Position numbers and translations under genes: made by a program. This document shows, piece after piece, positions 50,416 to 63,554 of a stretch of DNA of 64,000 nt. The DNA comes from Phoronis australis (taxonomy: Eukaryota > Animalia > Phoronida). Location: the NCBI GenBank assembly GCA_002633005.1, contig NMRA01000016.1, forward strand, positions 1,315,481 to 1,379,480, given 5' to 3'. The number at the start of each line of letters is the position of its first letter. Positions within the stretch are counted from its first letter, which is position 1. The notes under the pieces were generated by a model. The model was not told the DNA's origin. It did no database searches and saw only the letters and a list, made by a program, of their open reading frames with translations.

Positions 50416-52519
50416 GGAGGTTCGATTCCACGCTTAGACTTACCGCAGAAAATCACTTTTCTCGCTCATAACGTTTGCTTTGTAGTCACGTTCTGTTCCC
50501 AATAATTTAAAATGAATATAGCAAGTCATATCATATAACTTAAATTGGAAATTAAACAATGCGTTGGTGTCACAGTTCAGCTCCCTACCCTCGTGACGGC
50601 CATACAACATGGGCGACTGAAATTTGCCGCCGTGACAAGTAACCTAGTGGTTCTGGTCTGAAGCAGTAACAACTTTTCAAGTCTGTCTTTCCAAACCTTC
50701 CGATCAGTTCTAATCGAAGAGGCAAGGTGAGAACTAATAGTAAAAGTGTTTCTGATAGGAGTCGCTGGTTTATTACACCTTTACTAAGTAGATTAGGTTA
50801 TCATGTCTTCAGCGCGAACTAGGCCATTTAGGAAAGCGCCGGTCACGTGGAGGTAGAGAATGCCAAAAAGGGGATGGTAGGGAGTGGGAACTGAAAAATT
50901 AAAAGTTTTAGAACGTACGTCGACGAGGCCGGAACAAATGCGGCGGACTGAAAACGAGGCCAATAACAAAGTGAACGCCTAAGAACACGTGACTTCCATC
51001 AGCCAATAAACGCCCACAGTTAACCAAACTCAGGGCACGTGATAACAATTAACCAATGAGGCTGGGAAAACGAGGAGTAGTCCTACACAAAGGAATTAAT
51101 GGACTAGACCAAATAGAGGGGAAAAAGCAGTAAGACTGGTTCATATGCTCACATAAATATATTTAACGAGTGAAATACCATTTATGATCGATCATAAAAT
51201 ATGTAACTTCAACACAAAACGTTACACCATTTTATGTTATAATCTGGTGAGTTCCAGTTTTGCAAAATTTAGGCGGGGGGAGGGGCGGTCACCAACTTAG
51301 TTTTTGAGCTATGTCTGATTGGCTGCTGCCTGAAGTCGTCATTGTTTTGTTTAGATCAAAGACCAAAGGTCACATTTTCCATATAAAGAAAACGTACTAC
51401 GTCTATATCCATACCAAATAAGGAGACGTTCCCTGCAGCACGGGAGAATAATTGGCGAAGTGATGAGCAGTTGACAGACCACCTTTTGAAATTTAAATGC
51501 TTTGACATGAAAAGAAATTGAAAATCTTTACGAATAAACCGTAAAATTCCTGGTGAACAGTTTTGATTCTGTTCCTGTGGCAGAGAACCTCTTTGAATAT
51601 TAAAATTCAGTTTGTTCTTTACTTTCTATGTCACTTTAAATAATACACTCTGTATATCTAATGTTTGAATGCTTATAAATTACTCAATGTCACAAAACAA
51701 CGACTGCTATATGTTTTTTGCAAACTAAGTTGAAATAATTCTGTCGAAGAAACAAAAAAGTGCTTTAGACTATTTACCGTTAGTCCAAACTTGTTCCTCA
51801 CTCCAATAAGAAGTGACTTGGTCTTTCAAAGAACTGAACCTTCGTTATTGCTCGAGATATGCTCTTTGATCTAGGTCACTCGTCATGACAATCTATCTTG
51901 AAGAGCCTGGACCTACCCAATAACGAACCGTGAGGTTTTTGAAACCCTGAAATCGTCCCCCGATCTGACAAAAAAATTTGAGACCAATTTCATGACAGTA
52001 CATGGTCTAAATCAAAAGTTCGCTGATATGATAGAAAGCAGGTTCATTACAAAATGGAATCGTAGACAACTTAGGCGCTGCATTTTGAGAAAAGACGCAT
52101 TTGACTGCTCTGTCCACGCGATTGCATTTTGAGAAAACGCAACTTTTCTTTGCGCATTCAAAAAGTATCAGCCACAGTTATCGCTGTTCGTTTTAGTTTC
52201 TCGTCCACATGATTGAGTTAACCGATAATGCAATTTTCTCTTTGAGTTCTCAAAGAGCTATTCGTCCACACAAGTCACATATACGCGGATGCAACTGAGA
52301 TCTTGGTGTTTTCAAATATGTGCATTTTCACCGGTCTACAGAGAATACGGAAGTTTCAAACTATGCCAATCTGTAGAACGTTTTAAAAAACTAGGTTGCA
52401 TTATTGGTTTCCGTTTTCAAGGGATAAGTGTGTACAGAAGGCATAATTGTCTTTTCGCTGATTTAACTGTACGCATGCGCAACAATACTATTTAGGCTTC
52501 CTGTGCATATTCTACTCAC

Positions 52520-52634
52520 GCTGAAGCCGGGATGTTGTGTGTAAGATTTGACGAACACGATCTGCTCTGTCCCATCGTTAGATTTGAAGTCGTAATCTCC
52601 GGCTGCAACGAAATAGTTTTTGGCATCTCCGCCC
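52520..52634 (-). CDS. Trypsin-like serine protease exon (region after His57)
   Basis: Acceptor ttttcag, phase 2; GGDAKNYFVAAGDYDFKSNDGTEQIVFVKSYTQHPGFS; phase-0 donor |GTGAGT matches the next exon. Confidence 0.92.
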
Positions 52635-53546
52635 CTGAAAATATTCCAAACTTTGTAAACAGCTGTAAACACTCGCTCTATTTTAACGGCCGGGTTTACA
52701 GTATCATCAAATCCCCTGTAACACTGTTGAGTGCCGTCCACACAGAGACTTTCTGTACCCTAGAACAAGTTACTCTTGGAACGAGTTGTCGTTAGGTTTG
52801 AGTGCTACCTGGACGATTTAAACTAGCACAACTTTCCCCAATCAGACTTGTGACAATTTACTCCATATCATCGAAGTGAGGCAAGTTAATCTCGCGTAAC
52901 TTACACCATTTGTACAGTAATCGCTGTGTGGCCGCAAGAGTGGGGTAGGGCGGTAGTGATTATCAGCCGCGGTTACACACAGGTTTTATGTTTCGCGCCA
53001 TATCAGCCTCGTCCCCAAGACTCAAGATGGCGGTGATCGGTTTAGCCATTCGAGGTTTGGTTATGGGAAATACCTTCCGTGCAATGATTGGCCTCTACCT
53101 TGGCGTCATTAAAACGAAGGCAGATTTTAGTTAGTTTCACAGGCGTTGTTGCTGCCATTCATGAAGCAGGAGCCAGAGTGTTTTGGTTATTGTTTGAAAT
53201 AAAAAGGTTGTGGGCGGACTTATTTTCAGTTCATTTTTCATTAATAGTATCATATAGAAACTAATCTGTTTTCGAATCAAAATACATCATTTTTGCAATA
53301 ATTTAGACCTATACTCCTGCAATATACCGTTAGCTATCATTTTTGTATATAAATTTCGAAGTTTTTTTTTCATAATTTTATTCTTCAATAATATACATTG
53401 ATAATTTTTAAAGGGTGAAAGGGTGAACAAGGAAAAGGGGCAAGGACTTTCACTCACACACTCGCACACTCATTCACACACTTCATCATTTAATGATAAT
53501 ACTACTAAACAATATATGAGTTAAGTATATTACAGATATTACAGAT

Positions 53547-53871
53547 TCATTGCATGGCAGCACTGAGGCTCTCCCACATTTTAATATTAATATTGTCCGG
53601 TTCTTTTTGTTTTTGAAAATTAACTATTGAAATTTTAATATATTTTGACATGAATATTTTAAGGGCAGACCAATCTGGATGCAAGTGCTGTTGGCTACGT
53701 AAATAAATAAAATATTGGGCGATAGTGATAACATAATTAATCAACAGGGAGAATTCAGAACCTAAATGGCAAAACATGATTTCATTTTTGGTTATTCTGA
53801 CGTCTTCCTTAAGGGAAGATGTCAAAATATCCTGAACATTAATCAACAATCTTTGCACTACATCACAAAGG
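53547..53871 (-). CDS. C-terminal end of LINE ORF2 (L1/Tx1 clade)
   Basis: EIMFCHLGSEFSLLINYVITIAQYFIY...KMWESL resembles the ILFG...LIN.IL..AK.FIY...KW tail of Tx1-like ORF2. It is truncated by the N-gap. Confidence 0.7.
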
Positions 53872-54190
53872 NNNNNNNNNNNNNNNNNNNNNNNNNNNNN
53901 NNNNNNNNNNNNNNNNNNNNNNNNNNNNNNNNNNNNNNNNNNNNNNNNNNNNNNNNNNNNNNNNNNNNNNNNNNNNNNNNNNNNNNNNNNNNNNNNNNNN
54001 NNNNNNNNNNNNNNNNNNNNNNNNNNNNNNNNNNNNNNNNNNNNNNNNNNNNNNNNNNNNNNNNNNNNNNNNNNNNNNNNNNNNNNNNNNNNNNNNNNNN
54101 NNNNNNNNNNNNNNNNNNNNNNNNNNNNNNNNNNNNNNNNNNNNNNNNNNNNNNNNNNNNNNNNNNNNNNNNNNNNNNNNNNNNNNNNNN
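53872..54190. other. Assembly gap (N run)
   Basis: 319 consecutive N. Confidence 1.
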
Positions 54191-54193
54191 TGC

Positions 54194-54802
54194 TTATATG
54201 TCGTCTAAGGAATTAATTCTCTTGATGGCGCCGCTCTTTAGCTTCACAAATATTTTGCCATTGGTGCTCCACGAACTGTCCACTTGTTCATGCTTGAAGG
54301 ATTGTTTCAACAAGGAATAGTTTGTCGCAGTAAGATCTTCCAAAATGAATGTTCCGGTGTCTTTGGTTTTCCTCTTCTTGTGTAGCACATTCGACTTGGT
54401 TTTATACGACATAAATTTGACGATGATTGGGCGCGGTTTAATCAAGGCCGATGAATGTCTGGTTGTTCTTCTACTATCCTTTTTTCCGACTCGGTGCACT
54501 TTGTCTATATCTTTGTCAATAACATCAATTTCCAAGATATTCTTGCAAAATTCCAACACCAGCTGTTCACAGTTTTCGTCATCATTCTCCTCTATCCCAT
54601 ATACCCGAACTGAAGTCGAACGCGAATACTGCTCCAGTGAATTGATCTTTTCTCTCAACATCGTATTTTCTTGTTGTAAAGCAACAATGTCTTGTTTAAA
54701 ATATTGGAGCTCCTCTTTAATTGCCTGTCGTATTGAAGTGTTGAGTTTTCTCTCTAGTTGTTCCATGCGTTCATCAAAGTTGGTAACCGTGCCCGTTGCC
54801 AT
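54194..54802 (-). CDS. LINE ORF1 protein (coiled coil, RRM, CTD; L1 ORF1-like)
   Basis: Open 202-aa frame with heptad region, LEQYSRSTSVRVYGI, IDKVHRVG, PRPIIVKF, FILEDLT and WSTNGKIFVK motifs. Confidence 0.9.
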   Translation of the reverse strand: MATGTVTNFDERMEQLERKLNTSIRQAIKEELQYFKQDIVALQQENTMLREKINSLEQYSRSTSVRVYGIEENDDENCEQLVLEFCKNILEIDVIDKDIDKVHRVGKKDSRRTTRHSSALIKPRPIIVKFMSYKTKSNVLHKKRKTKDTGTFILEDLTATNYSLLKQSFKHEQVDSSWSTNGKIFVKLKSGAIKRINSLDDI

Positions 54803-56374
54803 GGCTGAGTGATGACTTATTGTTAGACTATTATTTGTCCACCAGTAGCTTTCCTGAGGGTTTCTCTTTAGACTTTCATTGGTGTTATATAATCACCTGT
54901 CAGGGGATTTGAATGTGACACTTCTTGGTCAAATCAAGACTGAAAAGAGTTTGTTCTTCACCACCAAGTCCTACCTTATTTACTGAATCAATTCAGATGA
55001 TATGCACTCCAGCCTTTTCTCCACAACTTGTTCCACATTCAAGTATCAAGAAATCTTCACACACCTTCAATAAAAATTTTTTTTCAAGAAAATGGTCAGA
55101 GCTGAGAACACGTGCGTGTTGTTATCTCGATTATCTCCCCTGGCACCCCTTGGTGTAATTTATATTACCCGTGATGTTCCGGAAATTTCCGTAAAAATGT
55201 GTCAGAATTTTCTGACACATTTCATTTCCCAGCCGTAACCAAGCCTCAAATGGCTAGGCCGATCAGCGCCATCTTGAGGCTTTGGGACGAGGCTGAGGCA
55301 TTAAGTGGCATTGAACAGTTAAAATGCAGCCACAACATCTTGTAGTGAGTTTAAATAAAGCGTGTGTTTTAGATTTGGCGGCAGTTTTGAGGAATGTGTT
55401 GAAGACAATTTCAAGAAAACTAATTTGCTTGATCTTTTGAATGAGAAAAACCACGTTTTAGCCCTGACTTACTTTGACGCAAAATGGCGGCTGCAATTTG
55501 CTTTTCAACTTCTGTCGCCTAGTGTTTGAGAAACCAGTGCGATTTCAGGTGTTTGTCAAACAGATCGAAATTGCCAAGAAGACAGCTGATCAGGGGCGTA
55601 CTATGACCACATCTAGCGAGAACGAGCATTCTGATTTGTTCTAGCAATTACTGGAAAGTGGAAAGTTTGCCGGGGAGCCGGAAAACTGTCAAATTTGGGT
55701 TTTTTTGATTCTCTATTTCTGTGCAGGGATTTTCTTTCGCTGTGAATTGACCGATTAAAAATCTGTAGCTTATTAAAGTTTCAGTTATCATGAGTAGTGC
55801 TTGTGAGTTGGGAATGTTATAAAACCCTTTTTATTTTCAGACTTTTGGTAAGGACGTGAGGAAAGGACTCATCTCCACTTAGGTGTGCGTCGACAGCTAA
55901 ATCCTTGTAATAACTGTAGTGTGCTCCCTCAGATTGCACAGCGTGACAACTTACCCTAGTTACATGTACATTCCATAATTCTTCTTGGAGAAGCACTGCA
56001 CGCTCCAACGTCAACATGATTGTTGAAGGCCATGTTGAATACAAATGACCTATCTGTTGGTAATCAAGCTCGAGTTTTTTCCTCCAAAATGATAGGCTCG
56101 TCTAATCATTTGTCATCAACAATTAGGTTGACGTTGTATTGTATTAACTGCTCCTCTTGAAGAAGGTTTGTGCATTGTAATTTGTTTGTCAGCAGTGACA
56201 CAGGGAATTGGGTAATAGTGCCAACTGCAATTGTAGAAAGAGAGAAATCCGCGCAACAATACTACATAAATTCACTATGGTATAATTGCGAGCGATGCGA
56301 GGTATGAGGCTTCAATACAGTAACGACATAAGTGGCACGTGGCCGAGTGTCTTCATTCCAGTACAAGTCGATAG

Positions 56375-59300
56375 TAGACCGGGTTCCCAGAGCTTTTTGG
56401 GCATGAAAAGGTAACCAATTTTCTTTGGTACTACAGTGGTCTATGGGTACCCTCATGCTTGGAAATGGACGGCTGGCAGGTTCGCTCTGGTGGGTGTGGT
56501 CAGGGGAGCCAAGAGAATGACTCTCAAAAATTGAGCTAGATCAACTTTTCTTGTAACCACTTCAAACTGCCTTTGATACTTACTACGTAACCCACTGTAT
56601 CAAAATTGCTCGCTTCCAGACAATTTCAGTGGTGGGGAGTATCAGCAAGATGGTTATAAGCAAGGTAAAAAATGAGCTAGATCAATCCATAAGGTAACCG
56701 CATGAAACCAGTTGGAAAATATTCACCGTAAACCCAGGTATCACGAACAAACACTGCAAGACTAATCTAGTGGTGGGTTAGTCCCGCCAGACACGCCCAA
56801 ATACCCGAGTTGAGCTAGATCAATCCAAGAGGCAACCAATTGAAACCAGTTGCAAAATATTCACCGTAGCCCAAGTATCACAAATGAAACCTGCCAGACA
56901 AACCTAGCGGTGGGTTGACACCGCTGGACACGCCGAAATACCAGAGTTGAGCTAGATCAGCCCACCAGTTAACCGTTTGAAACCAGTGGCACGATGTTCA
57001 GCATCACTGTACATGGCACAAGTGTTAGATGCCAGACAATTTCAGTGGTGGGGTGCCCCTGCCAGACGATTATCAAAAAGAGTTAAAAATTGAGCTAGAT
57101 CAACCCAAGAGGTAACCGCTTAAAACCAGTTGCAAAATATTCACCGTATGCCCAGGTACAGTGTATCACGAATAAACACTGCCAGACAAATTTAGCGGTG
57201 GGTTAGCCCCGCCAGACACTCCCAAGTACCTAAGTTGAGCAAGACCAACCCACCAGGTAACCATTTGAAACCAATTGCACGATGTTCAGCATCACTGCAC
57301 GTGGCACAACGGTAAGATGTTAAGCAATTTCAGCGATGTGATGCCTCCGTCAGGCAAATTATGAAGAGTCGAAACAAAATTGATTATAAGCCCATTCACG
57401 CTGAATAAGCATCACATTGTAACAGACACTTCGATTTTTAATAAAACCAGTGAGTACGTACGACATTAGTCACCACACAAGGTGAGAGATTTTTGTCCGC
57501 AAGTTTACGTCAGGGCATGAAAACCAGAAACATTGCGCCTGAGGTTGGAGCGACCTCACAAGTCTATGCGACCACAGCGGAATACCCCCATATGATTCAC
57601 TATTAAAAACAATACCTAAAATCCGTTCGTGACGGATGGCACATTGCGTTTGCACGAATTTCGATTTTTCGTTGTCCTATTTTACCAGTCTAAACAACGT
57701 CCCTCTGTCTTCGGACGAGTCATTTGATACAACTGCTAAAACGAGGAATAATCTAAATGCAGTCTTTTGCTGTCGTCTGCGTTATGTATGCGCGCCAACT
57801 TCCTTCATTTCACACAGTGATTAATGGAAAATTTGTGAAAACTGGTCATTTTTGGACAATCTACATCTTTCTCATAAACCGAGCCCACAGAGAACTCCAG
57901 AGATGCGTCAAGACCAATGACGTCAGTAGCTATATATCAACATTTTCCCCGACAATGCTAGATGTATTTTTTTCCATGAACCGCCCAAACTACGCCAGAT
58001 GGGGAACATTGTGGGAATAACGAGTTCTGATAGTTTTTAAGTTTAGTTAGATTGACAATCATTTCATTTGTACGACACATATGCGGGCGATGGAACTGTT
58101 CGCTTTTTGTCTTCGTGGTGAATACAAAACACGTTCAAATTAATTAATCAGAGATTTTGTATGTAAGGCTCAGTAATCGTGGCGACGGCCCCGGGCATCC
58201 CCACTGGGGGAGGGGGTGTCCAAGCACTATGTATAATCTTTTTGGAAAGCGTGACTGATTTTCAGTTGAATCAAATAATGATTCTAGTTTATGTTTCACC
58301 TTTTTACTTTTATTATTAATAGTTAAAGCAGGGGGTTCGGGCGGTTCGATCGAACCCCTACCCCGCTGAAAAGGTCCAGCCCCAGCATATTCGTTAAAGA
58401 TAGGATATAAATGGATAACAACAACAAAATTGTTACAGCTACTGGTGCTATTAAGTACAATGACAGCTACGTTAGTAATAAATCTGAATTTGCTTCTGAT
58501 TCAAAGCGCTTCACGGGGCATCGGGCCGTACTCGGCCAAATTCGCCCGAGTACCGTTGTTTGTTTAGATGACAGGATCGTGCATACATAAACTACGCGCG
58601 TGGTGGCTACACCAAAGAGTAACAGGGGAGTCTAAAAATGAATGTCTATACCTAAGCATAAAAGTCTAGTCCTACGACCTAAGTAACGTACATGTATATA
58701 GCAACGAGAGAGCTCCCAAAAAATTAGTGTGGCGTGAATGCCTTAAACTCGGCCAAGAAACCAAACTTCAGAAAACTGAGATTTGTTATTCTGATATTTT
58801 GGTTTAATGCAAGCATAGTACGGTTGAAGTGTTGGCGTTTTCAAATTTTGAATTGAAAGTGATCGTCAAATATGCAAATATCTTGTTCATCCAGTGTCCA
58901 CTTTGATTGTGGATTGGTGGATTGACATCCATGCGTGTACACGTGTGAGCGTTTCTGTTCTTCTAAATTCAATGAGTTCATTACAGTCAGTCCTCCGTCT
59001 TACTCAGAAACCAGACATTCAGCTACCGTGTTCTCTTGCACTGAGAATACCCCGTCGAGCATTTTCACGTTATATTGGAAAAGTAGGCCTAGACCTCAAT
59101 TTTGGTCAATGAAAATTTTCTCTAGTCATTCATTGTCAATGGTGCGCAACCCGGCAGACTTCATATGAGCTACAAACTTGATGGAAAAGATTTCCAAGGT
59201 TTCATGTCACAATGACGAAGGTTCAATACTCCGAAGGTTCGTTACCTTCTAAAATTCACTGCTTTGAATTACCACTACTACAAAACCAGGCACCGGTCTC

Positions 59301-62300
59301 TAATCTCGAAACGAACTCGAAATTATTTTTGGCAATTTCTCTGCTCCTTTTGTGCGAACTCATAAGTAGTTATCACACTGTGGTGGAATAATCATAGTTT
59401 ATGCATATGAGTTTATAGTCCAAGTTTGCACTTGAAGACCCTTACATTCGTGCTATACAAACTCGAGTAAAAACTCGAAATTTCGAGTTCAAACTCGAAC
59501 TTTTAGCTTTAATGGTAGGTTCATCAACTGCATAATAGGATTAATAAATTATCCAAGACATTATGTACTCGAACACAGAATAATAGACAATTACCTTGAA
59601 TCCGCACAAAAGTAGAGTAAAATATGCCAAACATAATTTCGAGTTCCATTTAGAGTAAACAGATTCGAGACTTGACCCAGAACTCCGACAGTTCACTACT
59701 CTTGACTGTGTGATCACCACTCATGTTCTCAAGCTGAGGTAACATCTGGGGCACGCTCAAGGCTGCGGCGACCAACGGCGGTTTCAAATTTAAGAAGACT
59801 GAATGGGACTCCCTGACTTCGTGAGGACTGGCAGGGACAGGGTGGCCTACTAACTTCATTTAGTTTCGACAAGCCTTTGTGCGTTGCGTTGCAATGCGAT
59901 CTTGACATGGATTTGATGAATGGGTCATGGTTGATAATTCATCAGTATTCCTAATTCATGTCGTTTTTAAATCCAAGTGCGCACTCATTTTAAGACATGC
60001 GGGCAATTTCTCATGCACAGTGAAATCTGACCACAGTTTCCTAAGTTGTGCTTGCCAGAAGGAGACAAAGTGTTTTAGAGCCCGGACGTTGCTTTCGGCC
60101 GGGTATAGGTGCATCTAATAACCAAAATATCGTTTATTTTTGCATGTAAAAAGTTAAAAATCACATTCGAATTTGAAAGTTTGGATATTTTTGGAGCAGT
60201 GAATCTTCGGAGTAGTGAATCTTCCAAGCAGTGAACCTTCGAGTAGTGAATCATCCAAATAGTGGTCTGTTCCCATTTCCAGCGATATAAGCAACTTAAG
60301 GTAGGTGGATACACAAAAAAGTAATTTTGACTGTTTTTTTACATTTCTTTCTTGATGCACAGTATACTGAAGAAAAATAAAATCATTCTGAAAATCCAAA
60401 GTTGTTTTTAATTTTATTTGACGAAGCTTTAGTAAGTCATATGGCTTCAGTGCTCACCAGCTCAGTGACTGACAAGTGGGGCGGAGCTTATACCAGGACA
60501 CTAGCTCTAATCTAACCCTGTCAGCAAACATTGAGTAACAGGGCAATCGAGAGTGCTGTACCAGCTGATATTGATGTTGTAGCAAGGCCAAGAATAAAAT
60601 AATTCTATTTTTGACCATGTGAAAGTTGGTGGTGAAATGGTGAAATAGCTCCTGTTCCAAGCCTGAGCCTGTTTGTCCATCTGCAAAAAAAAATAAGTTG
60701 AGTACGCCAAGTCCTGCACTCAGCTTGAGGAGTCAGCGCAGAAATGGCGCGTGTGCAAGAAAAGTCGGAAAGGTGAGGTGTCTTGCGAGAGGACGCTGAG
60801 CGTCGGCGTGGTTGGTGTTGCACGATTCGATGAAAGTGCATGTACGCGCTGTGAAGACACGCCGCGCGCGCGAGACATGGACAACTACATGCCGTCGGAG
60901 TAGAGTTTTGGAGATAAACCGTGCTTTTGTGCTAGGAACGCGCCGTGGAGAAACTAGGCTGCCAAAATCAGGGGATTTTTTAACTGAAAGTGCTATTTTC
61001 TCATCCCAAAGTCCATTCGGTCAAAATGTTGGCGGTACAGGCACGTGAATAATGTTGAACCATTACGATGAAAGTAGTTCTTTATCCTTGTCGCCAACAT
61101 TGTTATGTAGACAGTAACGCGGCGATTTGATATAACACATATATTGGTTGATGAAGAGACGGCAACTGCATATGATATTGGAATAGGCCAACTGAGTGGC
61201 GAGTTCAGATGAGTAGCATAAACAATAAACAGTTTTAATGATGTGTGGTAGGCACACCAGTACAGCAGACAATAGATCAATGCTAAGCTCCGCCCACGTG
61301 ACAGCCATATTTGTTTTGGTCGTCTGTCGTGCTTCACAAGTTCCCAAAAATGATTAAAATTACGCTATAAACAAACAGGTATGTCACATTTTCTAAACAT
61401 GAAGTAAATATCAGCTATATTTCTAGTACATCAACAAAAATTGGCCGCGCATTCTGAACGAATTTTGACCTCAAGTGGCAATCGATGCCCGCTTAACTTC
61501 AAAGCCGGTTTTTTCGGCTCGTGATTTCACGTTAGTGACAAGATTCTTGGGCCTATTTTTCCGCAACACGTCGGTCAATTTTTACGAAATTTGCAAATTT
61601 GAAATTATCTAGGACTGAAGCAAAATCGAGTACCGGTGTTTTTTGATACATGGACCAGATTTTTAGTTATTAGACGGAAAGTGACCAAATGACAGAAAGT
61701 AGCGAGCTTGCCCCAACTCACACGCAAAAAATGCCACAAAATCAAGATCATAACAGTTGTGTACATATATTTGGTATGGATAAGTAGAATATTGCGTAAG
61801 GAAACAGTTGATGATAATCCCTGTGCATTTTGAAAAAAAAAATCGAGGTAAAATTATATTTTTTGAAACATAAAAAATACGATTTTTCAAAAATACGAGC
61901 CACAAGAATTTTTTTTAGATTTTTGTCACTTTCAGAGTCATTTGTAACTAGTTAAAGCCCCCTTTATACTTTTTTAGATAGGAATCTGGAGATTTGACTA
62001 GTGTATACACCTACCTTAATGCTGGCTACGGGCCTGAATAGGATATATGCATTTAAGTTGAGAGAGAGAGGCGTTCAATAAAACGTCGCCCCTGTATCGA
62101 CCAAACCTCTGCATGCTACTGCCCCACGGCTGAAAATGTCTGTAAAGTACCTTTTTGTTGCATGCAGAATGTTGCTCGACAAATGGATTCAAACGGTTAC
62201 CTGGCGGATAAATCTGTCCCAACTCAGATATTTTCTTGTGTGTGGCGGGGCTAACCTACCGCTAGACTTGTCTCGCAGTGTTTATTCATGATACAAGGGC

Positions 62301-62943
62301 TTACGTAGAATATTTTGCAACTGGTTTCATGCGGTTACCTCGTAGGTTGATTTTCTTCAAATTTTAGCCCTTTCATTAGTCGTCTGGCAGGGGCACCTCG
62401 CCGCTGAAATTGTCTGGCATCTCACTGTTGTGCCATGTGCAGTGATGCTGAACATCGTGCAATTAGTTTCAAACGGTTACCTAGTGGGTTGATCTAGCTC
62501 AACTCAGGTATTTGGACGTGTCTGGTGAGACTAACCCATCACTAGATTAGTCTTGCAGTGTTTATTCGTGATACCTGGGCTCATGGTGAATATTTTGCAA
62601 CTGGTTTTAAGCGGTTACCTCTTGGGTTGATCTAGCTCATTTTTTTACCTTGCTCATAATCGTCTGGCTGATACTCCCCACCACTGAAATTGTCTGGCAG
62701 TGACCAATTTGGATACAGTTGATTCCGTAGTAGGTATCGCAGGCAGTTTGAAGTGGTTACCAGAAAAGCTGATTTACCTAGTCAATTTTTGAATGCCATT
62801 GACTTGGCTCCCCTGACCACACCCACCAGAGCGAACTTGCCAGGCGTCCATTTCCAAGCATCAGAATATCCATAGACTACCGTGGTACCAAAGAAAATTG
62901 GTTACCTTTTCATGCCCAAAGACAGCTGCGGGATCCCGGTCTA
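56375..62943. mobile_element. 6.6-kb non-autonomous DNA transposon with long modular TIRs, Academ-like
   Basis: TAG|TAGACCGGG ... CCCGGTCTA|TAG (3-bp TSD, TAG terminus). Arms at about 56375-57340 and 62180-62943 are reverse complements built from about 140-bp units. Confidence 0.8.
58329..60290 (-). mobile_element. Inverted, diverged copy of the 23254-25068 element nested in the Academ-like element
   Basis: Collinear reverse-complement blocks, e.g. 58885-58922/24551-24588, 59761-59870/24054-24155 and 60258-60285/23650-23677. It carries an extra insertion (about 59300-59640) related to 36255-36440 and a 16-bp minisatellite at 60193-60256. Confidence 0.8.
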
Positions 62944-63554
62944 TAGGGACGCAGTCACACCAAGGTAGTTTTCAGTGCCATCTTGTAAATGGGACAAACT
63001 AAGCGGGAAACAAGTAAGCGTTCTACTGGGCAAGACTTCCGAGGCAGGTATCTGGCCAGTGTTGCTCGATCGTTTCCGCACGTCCCCAGTCCGACGTTGC
63101 ATGAAGATGTTTAACGACCCATTATCAGACGGAGTCAGACTTTCTAAGTGCTTGTTTGTTGGCCCTACAGGACCCTTACACAAGCACATTTTCGGGAGAT
63201 GGAATTTTCGGGCTCAAAACTCACACACACATATACACTTGTGTACAGTGTATACTGGGAAATGAATAGTGAACGGGTTGAGAACGAGCACAGTAGTTTT
63301 CAAAAAAGTTTCTTCTTGTCCAATATTGGCGCAGTTTCGAAGCAATATTTTCCCACTGATCCTCATATGATATACTGTTATTTTTCGTCTGATTTTTCAG
63401 GTGTTTCCGCGTAAGCTGCGACGAAGACAGTATTTTTTCAAAACTACTGTACATGTTAAGAACCCCATGGACACAGTGTTTTGTGATTGGTTTATACATG
63501 AGAAATGAAAAGCACCCATTGCTACCAAAAATTACATTTCAGGTTCATTTGATC

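Larger units (their letters stand above)
53362..55140 (-). mobile_element. L1/Tx1-like non-LTR retrotransposon spanning an assembly gap
   Basis: ORF1 and the ORF2 C-terminus are in order on the minus strand. The 3' UTR ends in AATAAA plus an A9 tail at about 53362-53381. The 5' end is approximate. Confidence 0.8.

Noticed and set aside
53766-54812. Plus-strand ORFs of 184 aa and 155 aa
   Set aside because: One is an artefact of the N-gap; the other is the antisense shadow of LINE ORF1.
56533-57340. Regularly spaced conserved motifs suggesting a CRISPR-like array
   Set aside because: The intervening sequences are homologous to each other, the context is eukaryotic and there are no cas genes; it is a tandem repeat within a TIR.
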